A stretch of 59,981 nt of DNA, filler included. It is 5 parts of 5 records of this genome, joined end to end, with 100 filler letters (N's around TTAATTAATTAA, not from the genome) between each part and the next. Parts side by side here need not be neighbours in the genome. Positions count along the whole stretch, not along the records: positions 9,828 to 26,861 come from SRR22947727_5407; 4 more parts are not named here. The stretch is one strand, 5' to 3'. Made by a program: the position numbers and the translations under genes. Below, in pieces: positions 10,750-19,269 of the stretch (positions within the stretch are counted from its first letter, which is position 1; the number at the start of each line of letters is the position of its first letter). The notes under the pieces were generated by a model that did not search any database, was not told the origin of the DNA, and saw nothing but the letters and a program-made list of their open reading frames with translations.

Positions 10750-11679
10750 ATGAGTGCATTAGTTGCAAAACTACAAGAGCAGTATGAAGATCAGTACCAA
10801 CGGAGTATTACACCCGTTGAACTGCGTCAATTAAACTCAGTAGAGAGTACATTTACGCTAAATAAACCTAGCTATGCTGTATTAGATACTGATAATAACA
10901 AAGCAATACATCTACATGGTGCTAACTACCAGTTGATACCCTATGAAAGAATATTATCTGGGCTATCTACTGCATTAGATAAGTATGAGATAGATATAAG
11001 TGATACATCTATTAAATTTAATGTATCACCAGACTTAAACTACATGAAACTTAGGATTCTGTTTGGAGATACTGGAGATTTTGGTACTTACTCCATGAGT
11101 CATGATGAAAATGATAAGTTAAAGTTTGGTATTGAAGTTATATCTAGCTATGACGCATCAATTATCTATCAGTTAAGGTCAATGTTTTTAAGATTAGTAT
11201 GTGCAAATGGTATGAAATCATTTGAAGATATTAATTCATCTATGAAAAGACATACACTTAACTTTAATCTTGATGATTCATTTACTAAACTAAAAAATCT
11301 TAACACAACCTTTAGTGATATGAAAAATAAAGTAGAAGTGTATCAAAGTGTAGAGTTAAACAGACAAGATGTTGAGAAGTTATTTAGAAAGTTCTCTAAT
11401 AATTCTGATGGTAAGTACCACTTACTAAATAATGTATTAGAAACTGATGCAAATAAATCAACACTTTATGATGTGTATAATGCACTAACAAACTACAGTA
11501 CACACAATCAACGTGCTGTTAAGATAGGTAAAAAAGATAGTGAAGATTATAAGATTGAATCTGCTAAAAGAGACCCTATAAGAAGTAATGAGGATAGAGA
11601 TTATGAAGTTAGAAACTTTCTAAAATCTAATGACTTCATGTTTTACTATCATCAAGGCGTAGCCAATCAAGCAAGATAA
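10750..11679 (+). CDS. DUF932-family phage/plasmid protein
   Basis: NYQLIPY, SSYDAS, LRLVCANGM, TLYDVYNALTNYSTH motifs; SD AAGGA. Confidence 0.8.
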   Translation: MSALVAKLQEQYEDQYQRSITPVELRQLNSVESTFTLNKPSYAVLDTDNNKAIHLHGANYQLIPYERILSGLSTALDKYEIDISDTSIKFNVSPDLNYMKLRILFGDTGDFGTYSMSHDENDKLKFGIEVISSYDASIIYQLRSMFLRLVCANGMKSFEDINSSMKRHTLNFNLDDSFTKLKNLNTTFSDMKNKVEVYQSVELNRQDVEKLFRKFSNNSDGKYHLLNNVLETDANKSTLYDVYNALTNYSTHNQRAVKIGKKDSEDYKIESAKRDPIRSNEDRDYEVRNFLKSNDFMFYYHQGVANQAR

Positions 11680-11760
11680 TATCTGTAGGGGGGCTAGTGT
11701 ATACTATAACCCCCCCTGAGATGACACGATACTATAACATATTTTAAGAGATAAACCAAG

Positions 11761-11789
11761 TGGACATAGTGTCACACTTATGGTATAAT
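11761..11789 (+). promoter_or_regulatory. Sigma70-type promoter with extended -10
   Basis: TGGACA-17bp-TATAAT preceded by TG. Confidence 0.65.
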
Positions 11790-11811
11790 ACACACTAACA
11801 AAGGGAATACA

Positions 11812-12135
11812 ATGAAAACATTTATGACAGAGACAACGGACAAATCTCCAGAAGAACAATTGGGATTAGCTAAAATACAAATTATGTTTGAAGATTCATT
11901 TGGTATGTTCAATGCTAAGAGTGGAGTAATGAGTGATGTTCAAATGGAAAGAGAGAAACGACAAGCATCAGATTGGATTAGGTCTAAAGATTGTGAGTTT
12001 TTTTGTGATCTTGCAGGTACAGAACAAGATCATGTAATAAAATTGCATGACACTTTAATGTACAACTACAACACAGGTAAAATAACATTAGACCAAGTAA
12101 GATTTGCAATAAGAAAACTAGGTACAAAACTATGA
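11812..12135 (+). CDS. Hypothetical phage protein
   Basis: ORF with SD AAGGGA; WIRSKDCEFFCDLAG motif. Confidence 0.75.
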   Translation: MKTFMTETTDKSPEEQLGLAKIQIMFEDSFGMFNAKSGVMSDVQMEREKRQASDWIRSKDCEFFCDLAGTEQDHVIKLHDTLMYNYNTGKITLDQVRFAIRKLGTKL

Positions 12136-12326
12136 ATGAAGGACTAGAAAATATAAAACAAATAGAAGCTTTAGAAAATAAACTTAACAAAATATTAGAA
12201 TTGTGTAATGAAGAATTAGAAAATACAGAAATAAATAGTATTGATATATGTGAAGATACACATGACCACTATTTATTAGGTAAAGTAGATTTGTCTAATG
12301 CAATATTAACTCTAATTAATAAATAA
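12132..12326 (+). CDS. Hypothetical phage protein
   Basis: ATGA overlap with the upstream ORF. Confidence 0.65.
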   Translation: MNEGLENIKQIEALENKLNKILELCNEELENTEINSIDICEDTHDHYLLGKVDLSNAILTLINK

Positions 12327-12330
12327 TAAT

Positions 12331-12813
12331 ATGAACATATTTCATTTAGATAAAAGCCCAGAGGTATCTGCATTGTATCATTGTGATAAGCATGTAGTCA
12401 AAATGATATTAGAAACAGGGCAGATGTTATCAACTGCATACCAAAGACATTGTGGTATTGATGAAGAACTATACAAACCTGCGTACCCACACCACCCCAT
12501 GACTATATGGGTAGGAGATTCATTAGGTAATTATATGTGGTCAATGGATTTGTTAGGTCACTTGCTCAATCAATACAGACATAGGTATCACAACAGAATA
12601 CACAAGACAGGTCGCATACTTAATAATTTAATTTGTTTAAATGACAAAATAAAAGATAAGTTTGAGTATCAAAATTTTTTAATCCCACCCTTGTGTATGC
12701 CAGATGAATACAAGTGCGATAACTATATACAATCATACAAAGATTATTATGTAGGTGAGAAAAAACGATTCGCTAAGTACACATCAGTTGACACACCAGA
12801 CTTTATGTGTTAA
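12331..12813 (+). CDS. Pyrimidine-dimer DNA glycosylase (DenV/endonuclease V)-like protein
   Basis: MNIFHLD...CDKHVVKMILETGQMLSTA, HHPMTIW, PPLCMPDEYK motifs of the family usually assigned to Pyr_excise. Confidence 0.7.
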   Translation: MNIFHLDKSPEVSALYHCDKHVVKMILETGQMLSTAYQRHCGIDEELYKPAYPHHPMTIWVGDSLGNYMWSMDLLGHLLNQYRHRYHNRIHKTGRILNNLICLNDKIKDKFEYQNFLIPPLCMPDEYKCDNYIQSYKDYYVGEKKRFAKYTSVDTPDFMC

Positions 12814-12816
12814 AGT
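12788..12816 (+). promoter_or_regulatory. Possible sigma70 promoter in the 3' end of the glycosylase gene
   Basis: TTGACA-17bp-TAAAGT with TG. Confidence 0.45.
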
Positions 12817-12837
12817 ATAACTTAACAAAGGATAACT

Positions 12838-12957
12838 ATGATTATATACGGTAAGACTCCTAAAGATTGGAGAGAATGGTTTTGTTCTACATCTTTGTAT
12901 CACAGAGAATACATTGTAGGATTTATTGTAGGATTTATAATAGGAATAATAATATGA
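12838..12957 (+). CDS. 39-aa small membrane protein (not in ORF track)
   Basis: MIIYGKTPKDWREWFCSTSLYHREYIVGFIVGFIIGIII; SD AAGGA; ATGA overlap with the next gene. Confidence 0.7.
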   Translation: MIIYGKTPKDWREWFCSTSLYHREYIVGFIVGFIIGIII

Positions 12958-13592
12958 AAACAATCAAAGAAATAGAGAAAAAGATAGGTAGTCTATCTAA
13001 TCCAAGTAAGATGCCCTCGTTTGCATGGGGTATACCAATTGAATACTGTGTGACAGGTAGTAAGTTAGCATTAGTTGATGGCACTATCTGTAACAAATGT
13101 TATGCAGGTAAAGGGTGTTATGTATTTCCTGTTGTCAAAGCTATGTATCAAAAAAGATATGAGGCACTAGGTCTACCAGAATGGGTAGATTATATGGCAG
13201 AACTCATTACCCAAAAGTACAAAAACCTAGATAAATCAAGGCGTTTTCATCGTTGGTTTGACTCTGGTGATATACAATCTTATGAACATCTTATGAAAAT
13301 ATTTGAGGTGTGTGAACTTACACCCCACATAAAGTATTGGTTGGCTACTAGAGAGTATCGAATCATAGATAAAATTACAGAGAAAGATGTACCAAAGAAT
13401 TTATGCTTACGAGTATCAACAACTAAAGTTGATAGTCCACCACCTAAGTTTTGGCAGTGGACATCTGGTGTGCATAAAGATAAAAAAGCAGTAGGTCGTG
13501 AGTGTCCTGCACCTAAACAGAATGGTGAGTGTGGTAGTTGTCGTGCCTGTTGGAGTCATAAAGTTAAACAAGTAAGTTATAAGGAACATTAA
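12954..13592 (+). CDS. GP88-like Cys-rich protein (putative Fe-S / radical-SAM-like)
   Basis: LSNPSKMP, C-x13-CxxCYA, RWFDSGD, WLATRE, C-terminal CPA...CxxCRACW; start revised to ATG 12954. Confidence 0.75.
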   Translation: MKTIKEIEKKIGSLSNPSKMPSFAWGIPIEYCVTGSKLALVDGTICNKCYAGKGCYVFPVVKAMYQKRYEALGLPEWVDYMAELITQKYKNLDKSRRFHRWFDSGDIQSYEHLMKIFEVCELTPHIKYWLATREYRIIDKITEKDVPKNLCLRVSTTKVDSPPPKFWQWTSGVHKDKKAVGRECPAPKQNGECGSCRACWSHKVKQVSYKEH

Positions 13593-13593
13593 T

Positions 13594-13785
13594 ATGAGAG
13601 TATCTAAAAGAAAAATAAAAAAGTTTTTAACTTTAAATTTCTATAAAAATAAAGATTACTATAACAAAGAACTTGAGTTAGCCATAGAAGTTATACAAGA
13701 TTTTTTAAATTGTGATCCAGTTCATATAGGTAGACTACAAGGTAATACTTTTACTACAGTATACGAGATAGATAATGAGGAGTAG
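13594..13785 (+). CDS. Hypothetical phage protein
   Basis: ORF with SD AAGGA, tightly packed. Confidence 0.6.
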   Translation: MRVSKRKIKKFLTLNFYKNKDYYNKELELAIEVIQDFLNCDPVHIGRLQGNTFTTVYEIDNEE

Positions 13786-13888
13786 TATCTTCCTTATCTT
13801 TTTTTTGTGCCTTGTTTCCTGTAAAGATTTAAACATAGACCCAACAACAAGTATACTTAAACACATAATAACTAATAAAAATAAATAA
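13775..13888 (+). CDS. 37-aa putative lipoprotein (not in ORF track)
   Basis: MRSSIFLIFFLCLVSC-KDLNIDPTTSILKHIITNKNK; hydrophobic core and lipobox LVSC. Confidence 0.6.
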   Translation: MRSSIFLIFFLCLVSCKDLNIDPTTSILKHIITNKNK

Positions 13889-13925
13889 TACTTGACATAT
13901 ACACTTAAGTATGATAGGGAGAATC

Positions 13926-14132
13926 ATGATGAAAAAATACAAAGTAAGAATATTTGGAATGGGAATAGATGCCAAAGCATTGATACCATTTCCATACGAA
14001 CCAACATTAGATATGATTGAGAATGCTGTTGCTGAATATTTAAACGAAGGGTTAATGAAAATAGAATCTGATAGTTTTTATGCTAAAGATAGATACACAA
14101 TACTATACGAGGAAATGCCAGTTGAATTATAA
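13926..14132 (+). CDS. Hypothetical phage protein
   Basis: SD GGGAG before ATG 13926. Confidence 0.7.
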   Translation: MMKKYKVRIFGMGIDAKALIPFPYEPTLDMIENAVAEYLNEGLMKIESDSFYAKDRYTILYEEMPVEL

Positions 14133-14916
14133 ACAACAGCTTGCTGTTATAGAAGGGCTATTCATTCCACCAGATACATCTGTTAGAATGGATTGTCCTT
14201 TTTGTCATGGTAAGAATACTCTATCAGTAGACACAGCTACCAATAATATAAATTGGTTTTGTTTTCACGCATCATGTAAAGCTAAAGGTAAATTTAAAGG
14301 AGAGAAAAATATGACCTATGTAAATTCTACATTTAATCAACAAGAAGAAATTAAAAATTTAAAATTTGAAATGCCAGATAGTTTTACATCTGTATACTCA
14401 GATGATAAAGCTATGCAATACCTACATAAAAATAATTGTTGGGAAGCATGGAGTTGGGGTAGAGCAACAATAAAGTTTGACATAGCACAAAACAGAGTAG
14501 TCTTCTGTGCTAAAGATCCAGAGACAGATGAGATTGTAGGTGCAGTAGGTAGAGGATTAAATTCTAAGGTCTATCCTAAATGGTATATGTATGGTAATAA
14601 AGATATACCTTTTACTTGTGGCTTGACAGAACATAAGGAAGCTATACTTGTAGAAGATTGTGCATCTGCTTGTGCAGTATCTAATGTATTAACAGGCATA
14701 GCTTTGATGGGTACATCATTAAAAGAATCTCATAAGAAACACTTGACACAGTACGACAAATTGTATATAGGGTTAGACAGAGATGCAACAGTTAAATCAT
14801 TTGCTATTGCTAATGAACTTAAATCTTATGGTATTAAGAATGTTTATGTTAAAACTTTAGAAGATGATTTAAAATATTATAGAACAAAAGAAATAGAGGA
14901 GATGTTTAATGACTGA
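14122..14916 (+). CDS. DNA primase (Zn finger + TOPRIM)
   Basis: CPFC...CFHASC zinc ribbon; LVED and LDRD TOPRIM motifs; probable TTG start after GAGG. Confidence 0.88.
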   Translation: MNYKQQLAVIEGLFIPPDTSVRMDCPFCHGKNTLSVDTATNNINWFCFHASCKAKGKFKGEKNMTYVNSTFNQQEEIKNLKFEMPDSFTSVYSDDKAMQYLHKNNCWEAWSWGRATIKFDIAQNRVVFCAKDPETDEIVGAVGRGLNSKVYPKWYMYGNKDIPFTCGLTEHKEAILVEDCASACAVSNVLTGIALMGTSLKESHKKHLTQYDKLYIGLDRDATVKSFAIANELKSYGIKNVYVKTLEDDLKYYRTKEIEEMFND

Positions 14917-15058
14917 AGATATGAAAAAAGAAATACTAGAGAAATGGAATGAATGGAAATATGATGTCTGGGAATCCCATAAAGGTAGTTGGACACAGAG
15001 AGACCAATCAATAGCAGAAACAATAGATCAAATACTTTTAAAAGAATTGACAAAATGA
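14909..15058 (+). CDS. 49-aa hypothetical protein (not in ORF track)
   Basis: MTEDMKKEILEKWNEWKYDVWESHKGSWTQRDQSIAETIDQILLKELTK; SD GAGGAG; overlaps both neighbours. Confidence 0.7.
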   Translation: MTEDMKKEILEKWNEWKYDVWESHKGSWTQRDQSIAETIDQILLKELTK

Positions 15059-15420
15059 TAGAAAAAATAGAGCATAACTGGAGAAATAAATTTGGTAAAA
15101 ATAACAAGAGAGTTGGTGATGTAGTTGAGAGTCTGGTTGTATCTAGATTACTACAATCGGGGTGGGAAGTATTTACAAATGTGTCATCAGTAGGTCTTGT
15201 GGATATGTGCACGCTTAATATAGAAAAAAATAATTTTTATTACATTGATGTAAAATCAATTAATTCAAATTATAAATCTATTGAGCACTTTTTACAGAGT
15301 GGAAATAAGATGGGACTAACATCGGCTCAAGAAATTTTGGGTGTTAAAATTGCTTATTATTTTGATAATAGGGTATACATTATAATTGATAGAAAAACAG
15401 AACAGGTGATAGTCATATGA
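15055..15420 (+). CDS. PD-(D/E)XK endonuclease (homing-endonuclease or Hjc-like)
   Basis: GDVVE...LLQSGWEVF...VD...YIDVKS catalytic pattern; ATGA-coupled at both ends. Confidence 0.7.
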   Translation: MIEKIEHNWRNKFGKNNKRVGDVVESLVVSRLLQSGWEVFTNVSSVGLVDMCTLNIEKNNFYYIDVKSINSNYKSIEHFLQSGNKMGLTSAQEILGVKIAYYFDNRVYIIIDRKTEQVIVI

Positions 15421-16631
15421 TAGAAAAACAAATAATAAAACTAATGTTAAACAAAGACTTTTATGCAGAGTATAAAGGTCAAGTATCTCGTAATGTATTT
15501 CAAGGTAGCTTTGGTTCTTTGTATGATACAATTCAAAAAGCACATGATAAGTATGATGCTGATATAAGTATTGATGAGTTGTATTCTCTACACACTGCAG
15601 TATTTAATCCTGCATTAACACGAGCAGCTAAAGAACAGTTCAGTGAATTACTTGAAGATATAAAAGAAACTCAAGAGCCATCAAAAGAAATAGCAGATGA
15701 TATAATTAAGATACTAATTGAGAGGGATGTTGCACAAAAAATTGCAATAGAAGCTACTGAAATATTTAATGGTAAGCCTGCAGATTTTAATTTTATTACT
15801 AATCTTATAGAGAAACATAAGACAGGATTACCTGCACAAAAATTAGACGCAGTAACAAATAATATTAATGAACTACTTGATGAGTTAAATGTTGTAAGTA
15901 AGTGGAGTTTTAATTTAACTGTACTAAAAAATAACATAGGTGGAATCGGTCCAGGAAATCTAATGATTGCATTCGCTAGACCAGAGACAGGTAAGACAGC
16001 ATTTTGGGTTAGTCTTGTATCAGCACCATATGGATTTGCTGAGCAAGGTGCAAAGGTACATGCTTTTATTAATGAAGAACCTGCAGTACGTACACAGATG
16101 AGAGCCATCAGTGCTTTTACTGGACTTAACAAAGAACAAATTGTAGATGATGTGGATAAAGCACATGATGAATGGATTAAAATAAAAGATAATATTAAAA
16201 TGATTGACACAGTTGATTGGTCTATGGACGATATAGATAGTCATTGTGAAAAACATAAGCCAGATATTATTGTGATAGATCAATTAGATAAAGTAAATAT
16301 GAGTGGTACATTTGCTAGAACAGATGAGAAGTTAAGGGCAATTTATACAAGTGCAAGAGAGATAGCAAAAAGAAGAGAATGTGTAGTCATTGCTATATCA
16401 CAAGCATCAGCAGATGCACACAACAGAGATCATATATCATTTGATATGATGGAAAACTCTAAGACAGGTAAGGCAGCTGAAGCAGATTTAATTATTGGTA
16501 TAGGTAATAGAGCATCTAATGATCCTACTAATACTAGCAGAGTATTAAATGTAAGTAAGAATAAAATAACAGGTTGGCATGGAGATCCATCTTGCTTGTT
16601 AGATAAATATATAAGTAGATTCACAGATTAA
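15417..16631 (+). CDS. DnaB-like (SF4) replicative helicase
   Basis: Walker A ARPETGKT, NEE, IVIDQLD, ISQAS, KAAEADLIIG, KNK. Confidence 0.92.
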   Translation: MIEKQIIKLMLNKDFYAEYKGQVSRNVFQGSFGSLYDTIQKAHDKYDADISIDELYSLHTAVFNPALTRAAKEQFSELLEDIKETQEPSKEIADDIIKILIERDVAQKIAIEATEIFNGKPADFNFITNLIEKHKTGLPAQKLDAVTNNINELLDELNVVSKWSFNLTVLKNNIGGIGPGNLMIAFARPETGKTAFWVSLVSAPYGFAEQGAKVHAFINEEPAVRTQMRAISAFTGLNKEQIVDDVDKAHDEWIKIKDNIKMIDTVDWSMDDIDSHCEKHKPDIIVIDQLDKVNMSGTFARTDEKLRAIYTSAREIAKRRECVVIAISQASADAHNRDHISFDMMENSKTGKAAEADLIIGIGNRASNDPTNTSRVLNVSKNKITGWHGDPSCLLDKYISRFTD

Positions 16632-16643
16632 CGAAAAGGTAAT

Positions 16644-18692
16644 ATGATAACAACAATAGATGTAGAAACTTCGTATCAAAAAACAGAGACAGGTGGCTTT
16701 GATCCATCACCATTTAACCCAAGTAATATACTTGTTAGTGTAGGTATTAATGATGAATACTATTTTACTAATCATAGTGAAAGAATTGATGAAGGTTGCT
16801 TTCATAAGATACAAAAAATACTAGATGAAACTAAAATACTTATAGGTCACAATATAAAATTTGATTTAAGCTGGTTGCTTGAAGCAGGATTCACATACAC
16901 AGGCAATGTATACGATACTATGATAGCAGAATATGTATTAAATCGTGGTGTACGTAAGAGTTTAACACTGTTAATGTGTTGCCAACGTAGGAAGTTAGAT
17001 GCTAAAGATGATGCAGTAAAAGAATACATGGATAGAGGTGTATCATTTGAAAATATTCCTGCAGAAATTGTCGAGCAGTATGGTAGAATAGATGTAGCTA
17101 TTACTAGACAACTGTTTGATTCACAGATGGCAGACTTAAGATTAGATAAAGATAAAGGTTTGTTAAAAACAATTAAAGTTATGAATGAATTTTTAATTGT
17201 GCTTACTGATATGGAACGTAATGGTATCAATGTAAACTTAGATGATCTTAAAGAAGTAGAGAAAGAATACAGAGCAGAGTTTGCTTATCTTAAACAGAAA
17301 ATAGATAAGATTGTCTATGATAAAATGGGAGATACTAAGATTAATCTAGGTAGTCCAGAGCAATTGTCATGGTTAATCTATTCTAAAAAACCTAAAGATA
17401 AAAATGAGTGGGCTAAGATATTTAACACAGGTGTGGATAAGTTTACAAAAAAAAATAAAAAAAGACCTAAGTTTTCTTTTGCACAGTTTAGAACTTTAGT
17501 AGCTAATAACTCTGAGCCTATCTATAAAACTATGGCTAACCAATGCTTACATTGTGCAGGTAAGGGTGTGATTAAAAAAATTAAAGTTGATGGTAGTCCT
17601 TACAAAAAATATAGTAAATGTGATGAATGTTATGGAGAAGGATTTATATATTCTAACATGGCTAAGCTTGCAGGCTTTGATCAAAGACCTAGAAGTGTTT
17701 ATGATGTGTCTGACTCTGGATTTAAAACAGATAGAATAACTTTAAATAAAATTGCAGGAGAAGCAGAGGGAGAATTTAAAGATTTTATTGATTCTATTCT
17801 TAGACACAATGCTATCTCTACATACTTAAATACTTTTGTAGAAGGCTTACAAAACTTTACAAATGCTAATGGTTTATTACATCCTAAGTTTATGCAAGCT
17901 GTAACAGCTACAGGTAGACTATCAAGTAGAGATCCTAACTTTCAAAACCAACCAAGAGGTAATACATTCCCTATACGTAAGGTTATACAATCTAGGTTTG
18001 AAGATGGTCAAATAATTGAGGTAGACTTTGCACAGTTAGAGTTTAGAACTGCAGTATTTCTTGCACAAGATAAACAAGGTATGGAAGATATAAAAAATAA
18101 TATAGATGTACATAAATTTACTGCTGATATTATTGGTGTGTCTAGGCAAGATGCTAAAGCACATACATTTAAACCTTTGTATGGTGGTACAACAGGTACA
18201 GATGCTGAGAAAAAATACTATAAAACATTTGCAGAAAAATATAAAGGTATATCTAAATGGCATGAGGAATTACAAAGCCAAGCTATAACTTTTAAAAGAA
18301 TTAAATTACCAACAGGTAGAGAATACTCCTTTCCATATGCAGAACGTATGCCTTGGGGTGGCTCTAGTTATGGTACGCAAATAAAAAATTATCCTGTGCA
18401 AGGGTTAGCTACTGCTGACATTGTACCTTTAGCATGTATAAAAATATATAAGCTAATGAATGAGCAAAGGGTTAAGAGTTTACTTATTAACACAGTTCAC
18501 GATTCTATTGTGGCTGATGTTTATCCTGGAGAAGAAGCTGTAATGAGTAAGATATTTGACCAGGGTACAGCATCCGTAATACCTGCATTGAAAGAGTATT
18601 ATGGAATAAACTTTAATGTTCCACTTGACACAGAGATCAAAATGGGATATGATTGGTTAAATATGAAGGAGATAAACTATGACCGAGACTAA
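16644..18692 (+). CDS. Family A DNA polymerase with 3'-5' exonuclease and inserted DnaJ-type zinc finger
   Basis: Exo DVET/GHNIKFD; TATGRLSS; motif A DFAQLEFR; motif B RQDAKAHTFKPLYG; motif C VHDS; CLHCAGKG...CDECYGEG insert. Confidence 0.96.
   Translation: MITTIDVETSYQKTETGGFDPSPFNPSNILVSVGINDEYYFTNHSERIDEGCFHKIQKILDETKILIGHNIKFDLSWLLEAGFTYTGNVYDTMIAEYVLNRGVRKSLTLLMCCQRRKLDAKDDAVKEYMDRGVSFENIPAEIVEQYGRIDVAITRQLFDSQMADLRLDKDKGLLKTIKVMNEFLIVLTDMERNGINVNLDDLKEVEKEYRAEFAYLKQKIDKIVYDKMGDTKINLGSPEQLSWLIYSKKPKDKNEWAKIFNTGVDKFTKKNKKRPKFSFAQFRTLVANNSEPIYKTMANQCLHCAGKGVIKKIKVDGSPYKKYSKCDECYGEGFIYSNMAKLAGFDQRPRSVYDVSDSGFKTDRITLNKIAGEAEGEFKDFIDSILRHNAISTYLNTFVEGLQNFTNANGLLHPKFMQAVTATGRLSSRDPNFQNQPRGNTFPIRKVIQSRFEDGQIIEVDFAQLEFRTAVFLAQDKQGMEDIKNNIDVHKFTADIIGVSRQDAKAHTFKPLYGGTTGTDAEKKYYKTFAEKYKGISKWHEELQSQAITFKRIKLPTGREYSFPYAERMPWGGSSYGTQIKNYPVQGLATADIVPLACIKIYKLMNEQRVKSLLINTVHDSIVADVYPGEEAVMSKIFDQGTASVIPALKEYYGINFNVPLDTEIKMGYDWLNMKEINYDRD
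18625..18653 (+). promoter_or_regulatory. Sigma70-type promoter embedded in the polymerase 3' end
   Basis: TTGACA-17bp-TATGAT. Confidence 0.55.
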
Positions 18693-18900
18693 TATAATAC
18701 TAAAAGTACAGACATTTACTTTTACTGATCCAGTAATAACTGTTGAGTTAACTATGTCAAAAAGAAGTGATGCTTTAGATATAGCAGATAAACTTAATGA
18801 TATAGCTAAAGCAAAAAAAGAAAATACAACAATGTATTTCGTACAAACTATTGACTTACCAAATGGTAAGGAAGATAGCGATGACGATATGCCATTTTAA
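18679..18900 (+). CDS. Hypothetical phage protein
   Basis: SD AAGGAG; acidic tail DDDMPF. Confidence 0.7.
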   Translation: MTETNIILKVQTFTFTDPVITVELTMSKRSDALDIADKLNDIAKAKKENTTMYFVQTIDLPNGKEDSDDDMPF

Positions 18901-18912
18901 TATAGGAGAACT

Positions 18913-19134
18913 ATGAGTATACCTCTACTTGATAAAGAGTTGTGGGAAGATTATGCTGATGATGAGCAAGAAGAAGCTTATGATATGCTGCAGGATTTAA
19001 AAGCACAGTGTGATGCTAAACCTACAATGTTATATATAAATGAAAATGAAGAACTACAAAGTTACTTAATGTGGTTTGCTCGTATGGAAGATTTATCCTG
19101 CGAGGTTACTGAAGGAGATACCAGAGTATGTTAG
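18913..19134 (+). CDS. Hypothetical acidic phage protein
   Basis: SD AGGAG. Confidence 0.7.
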   Translation: MSIPLLDKELWEDYADDEQEEAYDMLQDLKAQCDAKPTMLYINENEELQSYLMWFARMEDLSCEVTEGDTRVC

Positions 19135-19214
19135 AAGTGTTACTAGGTGCAGGTTTTATAGTGTTAATTTTATTATTTGTGTGTGATATTTTTTATCCAC
19201 CTTATAAAAAATAA
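19128..19214 (+). CDS. 28-aa membrane peptide (not in ORF track)
   Basis: MLEVLLGAGFIVLILLFVCDIFYPPYKK; AAGGAG upstream. Confidence 0.5.
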   Translation: MLEVLLGAGFIVLILLFVCDIFYPPYKK

Positions 19215-19217
19215 CAC

Positions 19218-19246
19218 TTGACAAATCTATTAAAATATGGTATAAG
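19218..19246 (+). promoter_or_regulatory. Sigma70-type promoter
   Basis: TTGACA-17bp-TATAAG with TG; followed by SD AAGGAGG. Confidence 0.65.
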
Positions 19247-19269
19247 GAATCAATCAACTAAGGAGGACT

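Noticed and set aside
13892-13915. Sigma70 promoter TTGACA...TATGAT
   Set aside because: Spacer is only 12 bp; the hexamer at 17 bp is poor
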